Made by a program: the position numbers and the translations under genes
Source: an uncultured Candidatus Saccharibacteria bacterium
Lineage (GTDB): Bacteria; Patescibacteriota; Dojkabacteria; SC72
Direction of reading: 5' to 3'
NCBI GenBank assembly: GCA_964557565.1
Contig: CAZLAH010000002.1
Location: 17,682-60,929 of the forward strand
Length of the DNA stretch: 43,248 nt
Shown: positions 36,140 through 42,559 of the stretch, piece after piece
Position numbering within the stretch: position 1 is the first letter of the stretch
Layout: each line of letters starts with the position of its first letter
Notes under the pieces: model-generated
Told to the model about the DNA's origin: nothing
Databases searched by the model: none
The model's input: the letters and a program-made list of their open reading frames with translations, nothing else

Positions 36140-36826
36140 ATGAAAAGAGGAAAAAAACATATAAAAATAACTAAAGATTTAGACAGAAGCAAAGCATATT
36201 CTTTGTTAGATGGTATAAAGAAAGTAAAAGCACTCTCCTACTCTAAATTTGTAGGGACATTAGAATTACATGCTGATGTTAAATTACCAAAAGATAAAGA
36301 TCCCAAATCTATTAAAGGCGCTGTTTCTTTGCCTAATGCAGGTACAGTAAAAACAGTAAAGATAGCTGTATTTGCTACCCCTGATAGAGATGAAGAAGCA
36401 AAGAAAGCAGGAGCAGATATTGTAGGAATGGATCAATTGATGAAAGATATCAAAGAAGGAAAAATTGAATTTGATGTAGCTATTGCTACACCTTCAGTTA
36501 TGCCTAAGATTGCAGTTTTAGGAAAAGAATTAGGTCCAAAAGGCCTTATGCCTAACCCAAAAAATGGTACTGTAACAGAAGATTTATCTTCTGCAATTAG
36601 TGAGTACAAAAAAGGAAAACAGACATTTGTCTGCGATGCCTCCGGCGTTATACATATGAATGTTGGGAAATTAGATTTAGAAGAATCTAAGCTCATAGAA
36701 AATATTCATACAGCAATAGATGCAATCTCCGAGGTAGTTGGAAAACCATATGAACAGATGATTCAAAGGATACACTTAGCACCTACAATGGGCCCAAGTG
36801 TAAAGATAAACTATACTAGAGAATAA
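36140..36826 (+). CDS. rplA: 50S ribosomal protein L1
   Basis: ...FVGTLELHADVKLPKDKDPKSIKGAVSLPN..., LGPKGLMPNPKNGTVT. Confidence 0.92.
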   Translation: MKRGKKHIKITKDLDRSKAYSLLDGIKKVKALSYSKFVGTLELHADVKLPKDKDPKSIKGAVSLPNAGTVKTVKIAVFATPDRDEEAKKAGADIVGMDQLMKDIKEGKIEFDVAIATPSVMPKIAVLGKELGPKGLMPNPKNGTVTEDLSSAISEYKKGKQTFVCDASGVIHMNVGKLDLEESKLIENIHTAIDAISEVVGKPYEQMIQRIHLAPTMGPSVKINYTRE

Positions 36827-36850
36827 TTCTTTCTACTTACAGTGATCATA

Positions 36851-36879
36851 AAAAAGACCCCTACCAAGGGGTCTTTTTG
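36851..36879 (+). terminator. Rho-independent terminator after rplA
   Basis: AAAAA-GACCCC-TACCAA-GGGGTC-TTTTT. The flanking A and T tracts mean it could act in both directions. Confidence 0.75.
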
Positions 36880-36886
36880 TTCTATA

Positions 36887-36915
36887 TTTACAAAAACGAA
36901 ACTATCCTATAGAAT
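36887..36915 (+). promoter_or_regulatory. Candidate promoter for small ORF 1
   Basis: TTTACA (36887-36892), 17 nt spacer, TAGAAT (36910-36915). Confidence 0.4.
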
Positions 36916-36956
36916 ACCACTTGTCTTTGCTCTTTAGGGAATGAAAGGAGAACATT

Positions 36957-37301
36957 GTGGCAAAAAGAAAGCCTCAAACTTTAATGTTTGGAGAAAAAAA
37001 ATACTCCTTGGTAACAGATTTTGGCGATGCAGTTCTAGCCAAACAAGAAGGATCCACCGATCTTTTCTTTATCATTCAGAAACTTGATGAAATTTTCAAG
37101 GTTCAAACAGATAATGATGAGATCAGAGTCCTTCTCCGAGGAGATAAGGTTTTTGTGAATGGAATCACAATTGGAATTAAAAAAAGTTGTGATTTGTATC
37201 GTGGACAGAAACACATCTTTGTAAAGAAGAGTAATCGTACAATGACAATTGTCGTAGATAAAGTTACACTTCTTCGTGTGTTCATTCCTGCTTTCGGATA
37301 A
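36957..37301 (+). CDS. Hypothetical small protein (114 aa), GTG start
   Basis: AAAGGAG (36944-36950) lies 6 nt before the GTG. No recognisable family. The N-terminal region resembles small ORF 2 (AVLAKQEGSTDLFF versus IILAKRQGKEFRF). Confidence 0.5.
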   Translation: MAKRKPQTLMFGEKKYSLVTDFGDAVLAKQEGSTDLFFIIQKLDEIFKVQTDNDEIRVLLRGDKVFVNGITIGIKKSCDLYRGQKHIFVKKSNRTMTIVVDKVTLLRVFIPAFG

Positions 37302-37338
37302 CAAAATCAAACCTACCCCCTAAAGAACAAAAGACAAA

Positions 37339-37411
37339 AGTGAGTCTAGTAGAGAATGCTGAAAAGCAACCTAGGAGCATTTCAGCTTCAATATCCCCTA
37401 CTAGACTCACT
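37339..37411 (+). repeat. Long hairpin element, copy 1
   Basis: 14-bp perfect arms AGTGAGTCTAGTAG (37339-37352) / CTACTAGACTCACT (37398-37411), enclosing a nested GCTGAAA...TTTCAGC hairpin. It is preceded by AAGACAAA. Confidence 0.8.
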
Positions 37412-37490
37412 GGCAACACCTTTACAAATCCCACTACAAAAGATAAAATCATCCCCTTGTTCTTAAAACTCAAAAAGGAGATCTAAAACA

Positions 37491-37655
37491 ATGAAATTGT
37501 ACGATGTTGCAGGAATCAAAAGATTCACATTCAAGAAGAATATTTTCATTTTTATTTCCAAAGATCCTGAAACTGGGATAATCCTCGCCAAAAGGCAAGG
37601 AAAAGAATTCCGATTTCAGGAAGAAAATAATGGGAAATTAACCCTCCTAAGATAG
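37491..37655 (+). CDS. Hypothetical small protein (54 aa)
   Basis: Own translation: MKLYDVAGIKRFTFKKNIFIFISKDPETGIILAKRQGKEFRFQEENNGKLTLLR. AAAGGAG (37474-37480) lies upstream. The ORF is below the track cutoff. Confidence 0.45.
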   Translation: MKLYDVAGIKRFTFKKNIFIFISKDPETGIILAKRQGKEFRFQEENNGKLTLLR

Positions 37656-37663
37656 AAGACAAG

Positions 37664-37728
37664 AGTGAGTCTAGTATACGAATGCCAAGAAGGCAGAAAA
37701 CCATAATTGGCTTCATACTAGACTCACT
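37664..37728 (+). repeat. Long hairpin element, copy 2
   Basis: Arms AGTGAGTCTAGTAT (37664-37677) / ATACTAGACTCACT (37715-37728), 13/14 identical to copy 1. It is also preceded by AAGACAAG. The interior differs in sequence but again forms a nested hairpin (GCCAA...TTGGC). Confidence 0.8.
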
Positions 37729-37741
37729 GATACACTCTTAA

Positions 37742-37770
37742 TTGAAAATCTTCGATATATCAGGTAAAAT
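37742..37770 (+). promoter_or_regulatory. Candidate promoter for small ORF 3
   Basis: TTGAAA (37742-37747), 17 nt spacer, TAAAAT (37765-37770). Confidence 0.45.
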
Positions 37771-37829
37771 AACTTGGCAACACAAGCTTGTTGCTCATTA
37801 TATCCTAAGTATTAGAAAAGGAGTCCCAT

Positions 37830-38042
37830 ATGGATTGCAAATGCTGTACATTATTGGAGTGCTCCCCAGAATGCCCTTCCTTCAAAAAAAAGGAAGACCT
37901 AAACAAACTGTTACTCAGATACTTCCAAAACAAAATCTTTTGGGAAGCTCTAGGGGAAATTCCAGAATCCGATCAGGATCTTTGCAATCTCTTTGAAAAA
38001 CTACTACAAAAGGAGGGCCTCGAGCCGATAAGTGTTGCATAG
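37830..38042 (+). CDS. Hypothetical Cys-rich small protein (70 aa)
   Basis: AAAGGAG (37817-37823) lies 6 nt before the ATG. The N-terminus MDCKCCTLLECSPECPSF has 5 Cys in 14 residues. The C-terminal two-thirds are predicted helical and acidic. Confidence 0.5.
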   Translation: MDCKCCTLLECSPECPSFKKKEDLNKLLLRYFQNKIFWEALGEIPESDQDLCNLFEKLLQKEGLEPISVA

Positions 38043-38073
38043 CTTTTCTTCAGCAACAGACTTGTGTTAAAAC

Positions 38074-38122
38074 AAGAGAGAATGGTAGATTACCATTAAA
38101 GTATCACATACCATTCTCTCTT
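38074..38122 (+). terminator. Long hairpin after small ORF 3; 3' arm abuts/overlaps the rplJ promoter -35
   Basis: AAGAGAGAATGGTA (38074-38087) / TACCATTCTCTCTT (38109-38122), 14-bp perfect arms with a nested ATGGTA-GAT-TACCAT. There is no U-tract. Confidence 0.45.
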
Positions 38123-38149
38123 GACCCTCCCCTCTCCTACTGATATAAT
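38121..38149 (+). promoter_or_regulatory. Near-consensus promoter of rplJ-rplL
   Basis: TTGACC (38121-38126), 17 nt spacer, TGA-TATAAT (an extended -10; TATAAT at 38144-38149). Confidence 0.65.
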
Positions 38150-38172
38150 CGCTCTAGTATTAACCTAAGAAA

Positions 38173-38195
38173 CAGGGTACAAAAATAAATCCCTG
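38173..38195 (+). promoter_or_regulatory. Hairpin in the rplJ leader (possible L10-leader autoregulatory element)
   Basis: CAGGG-UACAAAAAUAAAU-CCCUG in the 5' UTR of about 85 nt. rplJ has no obvious SD. Confidence 0.3.
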
Positions 38196-38237
38196 CGAGG
38201 TAAATATTAAATCCTAATTAATTAAAAATAAATAACC

Positions 38238-38759
38238 ATGTCTAAATCTCGTATACAAAAGACAGAGTTACTAAGCGATTACAAAAAGATCCTAGAAGAT
38301 AAAGCTGGATATTTTTTGGTAAACTCTGATAAAACAGACACATCTACAATTACAAAACTCAAGATACAATTGAGAGATGCAAATGCTAACTATGCTGTTG
38401 TTAAAAACAGTATATTTAAAGTAGCACTACAAGAGACAAATCAACCTCTTCAAACACAAGAGATAGATGGTCCAACAGCAGTAATATATTTTGATGAAGA
38501 TCCTACAGTACCAGCAAAATTAGTAAAACAGGCTCAAAAAGAGACATCTCTTTTAGATGCAAAAGGTGGAGTTTTTGAAGGAGAGTTCCTTTCCGAAGCA
38601 AGAGTAATGCAATTAGCAGATATACCTTCTAGAGAAGTTCTACTTTCTCAATTAGTCGGTACATTGAATGCACCTCTAACTGGATTCATGAATGCAGTAA
38701 CTGGAAATGTAAGAGGTTTAACTATGGTTCTTAAGGGCATATCTGAAAAGAATGCTTAA
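38238..38759 (+). CDS. rplJ: 50S ribosomal protein L10
   Basis: MSKSRIQKTELLSDYKKILEDKAGYFLVNSDKTDTSTITKLKIQLRDANANYAVVKNS... Confidence 0.9.
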   Translation: MSKSRIQKTELLSDYKKILEDKAGYFLVNSDKTDTSTITKLKIQLRDANANYAVVKNSIFKVALQETNQPLQTQEIDGPTAVIYFDEDPTVPAKLVKQAQKETSLLDAKGGVFEGEFLSEARVMQLADIPSREVLLSQLVGTLNAPLTGFMNAVTGNVRGLTMVLKGISEKNA

Positions 38760-38795
38760 TTAGATACAAATACTTAATTTAATATATATACCAAA

Positions 38796-39200
38796 ATGGC
38801 AGAAGAGACAAAAAACTTACCAGAATTAACAGAGAACGGAACAAAAGTTCTTGAAATGGTAGAAAAGATGTCTGTGTTAGAGCTTGCTGACCTTGTAAAG
38901 GTTATGGAAGACAAGTTTGGAGTAAGTGCAGCAGCACCTGTTGCAGTAGCAGCAGTAGCAGCAGCTCCAGCAGAAGAAGTAGAAGAGAAATCTACATTCG
39001 ATCTTGTTCTTAAAGAAGCAGGAGCTAACAAGATTGGTGTAATCAAAGCTGTAAGAGAAGTTACAGAGTTGGGTCTTAAAGAGGCAAAAGATCTCGTAGA
39101 GGCAGCACCACAGACTGTTAAAGAAGGTGTAGCAAAAGCAGATGCTGAAGCTATGAAAGCAAAATTCGAAGAAGCAGGAGCAACAGTAGAATTAGTATAG
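38796..39200 (+). CDS. rplL: 50S ribosomal protein L7/L12
   Basis: Ala/Pro/Val hinge [20 protein letters not shown], then [24 protein letters not shown]... Confidence 0.92.
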   Translation: MAEETKNLPELTENGTKVLEMVEKMSVLELADLVKVMEDKFGVSAAAPVAVAAVAAAPAEEVEEKSTFDLVLKEAGANKIGVIKAVREVTELGLKEAKDLVEAAPQTVKEGVAKADAEAMKAKFEEAGATVELV

Positions 39201-39220
39201 TTGCTAATTTCGAATATTTA

Positions 39221-39250
39221 ACACCTAGCAGAAATGCTAGGTGTTTTTTT
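39221..39250 (+). terminator. Strong rho-independent terminator after rplL
   Basis: ACACCTAGCA-GAAA-TGCTAGGTGT (10-bp perfect stem, GNRA loop) followed by TTTTTTT. Confidence 0.85.
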
Positions 39251-39374
39251 AACTACAATCTTCACCTATAATGATATTAAATTCCGATTAATTACCTATA
39301 TAGTCATCGAGATAACGGTAAAAACGATGAGGTTTGACCTTAGTGTTTGCCTATGTATTGCCTTGTGCGATATA

Positions 39375-39404
39375 TCGACAAAGGGACTTCAAAAGAAGTA
39401 TAAT
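39375..39404 (+). promoter_or_regulatory. Candidate promoter of the amidoligase operon
   Basis: TCGACA (39375-39380), 18 nt spacer, TATAAT (39399-39404). Confidence 0.4.
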
Positions 39405-39454
39405 CTTCCTAATCTGCCAATACAAAAACTATCTAAGATATAACTGTAAAAACT

Positions 39455-40123
39455 ATGGAGTATACACCACTAACAGAGTGGATTTTGGAGCATGGGGTAT
39501 CTCAACAGACTCTAGATCTTTTTGTAACAATAACTATACTTGCAACAATAGTAAGTGTATCTAGATATATCTTTGGTTCTAAAACATACGGTATATATGC
39601 ACCAATAATATTGGCAATTTCATACTCATACACAGGATTTAGATATGGATTCGCTATAACCTTAATTGTAATTGTTACCACCCTACTCTCATATTCCATA
39701 CTTAAAAGAATCAGAATGCACTATATAACTAGAATAGCCATTAATTACTGCTTACTTTCCATTGCTCTCGTATTCTTCCTGCTTGTGATCAATCGATACG
39801 GCTTAGGGCTTGAGAATATGGCACAGATACCATCTCTAGCAGTTATATCAATAGCTGCTCTTTCTGATTTCTTCATCAAACAGTTTGTTCAAAAATCATT
39901 TAAATCCTCAATAGCCATACTGTTTAACACAATGGTCATAGCTTCAATAGGATGGTTTGTAATAACAAGAGATGTCATTACTGCATATACAATCAACAAT
40001 CTTTGGATTATACCCCTACTGATCATTGTAAATATTGTAATAGGACAGTTTAAGGGATTAAGAATAAAGGACCTCTTTAGGTTTAGTTCCATATTACAAG
40101 ACAAAGAAAATGTTTCAAAATAG
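39455..40123 (+). CDS. Seven-TM membrane protein of the type usually fused to an inactive transglutaminase (7TM_transglut-like), here stand-alone
   Basis: Seven hydrophobic helices can be counted by eye. The N-terminal motif VSRYIFGSKTYGIYAPIILAISY matches my recollection of that family's R-x-[IV]-x-G-x-x-T-[FY]-G-x-[FY]-x-P consensus. The ORF overlaps the next one by 14 nt. Confidence 0.55.
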   Translation: MEYTPLTEWILEHGVSQQTLDLFVTITILATIVSVSRYIFGSKTYGIYAPIILAISYSYTGFRYGFAITLIVIVTTLLSYSILKRIRMHYITRIAINYCLLSIALVFFLLVINRYGLGLENMAQIPSLAVISIAALSDFFIKQFVQKSFKSSIAILFNTMVIASIGWFVITRDVITAYTINNLWIIPLLIIVNIVIGQFKGLRIKDLFRFSSILQDKENVSK

Positions 40124-41564
40124 CAAGATAAAAGAGATACTAGGCTTAAACAGACGAAATCAGGAATATGTTCGTCCATATAACTCTCCTTCTGCTAAAA
40201 GGATTGCAGACAACAAGATCCTTACCAAACAAGTTCTTTCCAGGGAAGGTATTAATACTCCTTCTGTATACAAATTGATTAAAAATGCAAAACAACTGAA
40301 ATTCCTAGACTGGGATTCTTTACCAAAGAGTTTTGTCATAAAGCCAAATAAAGGTACTGGTGGTAATGGAATAATTGTGTTTTACGGAAAGAAGAAAGGT
40401 GAAAACTCTTGGATAAGACCAAATGGTACTACAATGTCTCAAAAGGATATAGCCCTACATATTGAGAATATTTTGGAAGGGAGATTCTCAATGGGAGATA
40501 GAAGTGACATTGCAATCATAGAAGAAAGAGTTAGAACAGACCCATTGCTTAAGCAATATTCCTTTAAGGGCGTACCTGATATTAGAATCATTTGTTTCAA
40601 TGGAGTACCAATAATGGCTATGACTAGGCTTCCAACAAGAAGATCAAATGGTACTGCAAATTTACACTCAGGAGCTATTTGTACTGGCTTAGATATTAGT
40701 ACAGGAATTACTACCTACTCAATGCAAATGAATACGAAGAGTCTCTTTAGTGATACCTATGAGGGTATTGAATATACTACAGATCTGAAGGAAAACAAGA
40801 AATTAAGTGGTATTCAGATACCAAATTGGGACGAAATCTTAACAATAGCTCTTAAGTGCCAGAAGGCTAGCAAGCTTGGATATATTGGTGTTGACATAGC
40901 CCTAGATGCCGAAAAAGGACCAGTTGTATTCGAATTGAACGCTAGACCAGGTTTAGGCATACAAGTTGCTAATCAAGCAGGATTAAGATGGAGGTTAGAG
41001 AAAGTAAAAGGCTTGGAAATAAAGAGCATAAAGCATGGTATTAGAGTAGCGAAGAATCTTTTCGGGGGAGAGATAGAAGAAAGCATAGAAGCAATAAGTG
41101 GAAGGAAAGTCGTAAGTATTACAGAGAAGATAGTTCTTTACAACAAGGAAGCTAATTTACAGAAAAGTATCAAAACCTCCGACAGAGAGGTTGCTACTGC
41201 CTTCATGGATACAGGAATTCAAAGCTCTAGAATATCTACAAGCCTCGCGAGTAGACTTGGATTCATTGGCACTATGAAATATTTCAATTCTTTGAATATT
41301 CCTAAACGATTTGAATCACTCAAGGATGCACAAGAATACATTGACCAAAACCCAAACTTTTCAGGCCAAGAGAGTGTAAAAAGGATTGCAAAAATAATCG
41401 AAGATGGGATAATAAAAATAAGACCTGTAATAGATGTAAGAATTAAAATTTCTGGTGAGATACAAGAGATAGAGATGGTCATAACTGAAGATTTAGAATA
41501 TCTTGTAGTTATTGGACGAAACAATCTTAAAGGATATTTAATTGATACCAGTAAAACATTCTAA
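40110..41564 (+). CDS. RimK-related 'alpha-L-glutamate ligase-like' ATP-grasp fused to a C-terminal retropepsin-like (PF05618-type) domain
   Basis: ATP-grasp part: ILGLNRRNQEYVRPYNSPSAKRIADNKILTK, FVIKPNKGTGGNGI, GVPDIRIICFNGVPIMAMTRLPTRRSNGTANLHSGAICTGLDISTG, LGYIGVDIALDAEKGPVVFELNARPGLGIQVANQAGL. C-terminal part: AFMDTGIQSSRIS (DTG at 41208-41216) and VVIGRNNLKGYLIDTSKTF. Confidence 0.75.
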   Translation: MFQNSKIKEILGLNRRNQEYVRPYNSPSAKRIADNKILTKQVLSREGINTPSVYKLIKNAKQLKFLDWDSLPKSFVIKPNKGTGGNGIIVFYGKKKGENSWIRPNGTTMSQKDIALHIENILEGRFSMGDRSDIAIIEERVRTDPLLKQYSFKGVPDIRIICFNGVPIMAMTRLPTRRSNGTANLHSGAICTGLDISTGITTYSMQMNTKSLFSDTYEGIEYTTDLKENKKLSGIQIPNWDEILTIALKCQKASKLGYIGVDIALDAEKGPVVFELNARPGLGIQVANQAGLRWRLEKVKGLEIKSIKHGIRVAKNLFGGEIEESIEAISGRKVVSITEKIVLYNKEANLQKSIKTSDREVATAFMDTGIQSSRISTSLASRLGFIGTMKYFNSLNIPKRFESLKDAQEYIDQNPNFSGQESVKRIAKIIEDGIIKIRPVIDVRIKISGEIQEIEMVITEDLEYLVVIGRNNLKGYLIDTSKTF

Positions 41565-42548
41565 ATGAAGACATATTCAGAATATTTAAAAGAAGCAGGG
41601 AATGTACACTTAGCATACTATGTAGAAGCTGCAGATGAGTTGGGGATCAAATATTCAATAGTAGTACCAAAGCTGATGGCTATGTTTGAATATAAAAAGA
41701 AGCATTGGTTCATCATAAATACAGTAACTCCCCTAACCTCTTCAACAAGTGCAACAATTTGCAAAAGAAAGCAGCTTACTAATCAAGTATTAAGCAAATT
41801 CGGATTACCAGTACCATATCAAGAAAATATCTCAAGTGCTGTTAATGCAATAAAGTTCTTCAATAAATACAAAGATATAGTCATTAAACCGACTCAACAG
41901 CTTGGTGGACATGGAGTATCAATACTCCCACAAAGCGAAGAACAGGTTATAAAAGCATATGAAATCGCTTTAGAGAGTTCTCATTCCAAAACCTCCAACA
42001 AAGTAATTGCAGAAGAATTTGTAACTGGAGAGAACTATCGCTTTCTAGTAGTTGGTGATAAGGTTATAGGTGTTGTAAGAAGAAAGGCAGCTCATGTTAT
42101 TGGCAATAGCAAGAACACTATAAGAGAACTAATACAGAAAGCAAATGAGGAGAAAGAGAAAGGCCTACTAATGCCAATCCTCATGGACAATGAGGTTATA
42201 CTGAAACTTCAAAGATCAAATTTAGACCTAGAATCTGTTCCCGATGAAGGAAAAGAGATAATATTAAGGTACAATTGCAATTTAACAACTGGTGGGACTA
42301 CAGAGGAATGTATTAAAGAGGTCCACGATTACTACAAACAGATAGCCATAAAAGCCATCGAAGCTGTAGGCTCAGAGTTTGGAGGTGTAGATATAATTGC
42401 AGAGAATATATCTAAGCCATCTAAAGTCGCAATAAACGAAATTAACTACAATCCAGGATTAAGATTGCATTACAAAGTAGACAAAGGAGAAGCAGTGAAG
42501 GTAGCAGTTCCAGTTATGGAATATATTAGGGATAAATATTTAAGTTAG
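41565..42548 (+). CDS. Stand-alone ATP-grasp ligase of the cyanophycin synthetase (CphA G-domain)/GshF type
   Basis: ICKRKQLTNQVLSKFGLPVP, IVIKPTQQLGGHGVSI, YRFLVVGDKVIGVVRRKAAHVIGNSKNTIRELI, NCNLTTGGTTEE, GGVDIIAENISKP, INEINYNPGLRLH. The ATG directly abuts the previous stop (TAAATG). Confidence 0.7.
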   Translation: MKTYSEYLKEAGNVHLAYYVEAADELGIKYSIVVPKLMAMFEYKKKHWFIINTVTPLTSSTSATICKRKQLTNQVLSKFGLPVPYQENISSAVNAIKFFNKYKDIVIKPTQQLGGHGVSILPQSEEQVIKAYEIALESSHSKTSNKVIAEEFVTGENYRFLVVGDKVIGVVRRKAAHVIGNSKNTIRELIQKANEEKEKGLLMPILMDNEVILKLQRSNLDLESVPDEGKEIILRYNCNLTTGGTTEECIKEVHDYYKQIAIKAIEAVGSEFGGVDIIAENISKPSKVAINEINYNPGLRLHYKVDKGEAVKVAVPVMEYIRDKYLS

Positions 42549-42559
42549 TAAAAACAACA

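Noticed and set aside
37035-37473. Minus-strand ORFs 37035-37310, 37103-37285 and 37282-37473
   Set aside because: They are antisense to small ORF 1 and hairpin 1 and have no SD. The last one is largely the translation of the hairpin element.
37339-37728. Integron attC sites or a CRISPR array as the explanation for the repeated hairpins
   Set aside because: The ends do not match the RYYYAAC/GTTRRRY core sites, and no integrase is present. There are only two copies, separated by 311 bp that contain a coding ORF, so there is no repeat-spacer periodicity. No CRISPR array was seen anywhere in the window.
37742-37996. 84-aa TTG-start ORF overlapping the Cys-rich ORF in another frame
   Set aside because: Its TTG coincides with the -35-like TTGAAA and it has no SD. 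The 70-aa frame has AAAGGAG 6 nt upstream of an ATG. It cannot be fully excluded without translation data.
39234-39564. ORFs 39234-39443 and 39334-39564 in the rplL-to-7TM spacer
   Set aside because: The first begins inside the rplL terminator stem. The second overlaps the start of the 7TM gene out of frame. Neither has an SD or a recognisable product.
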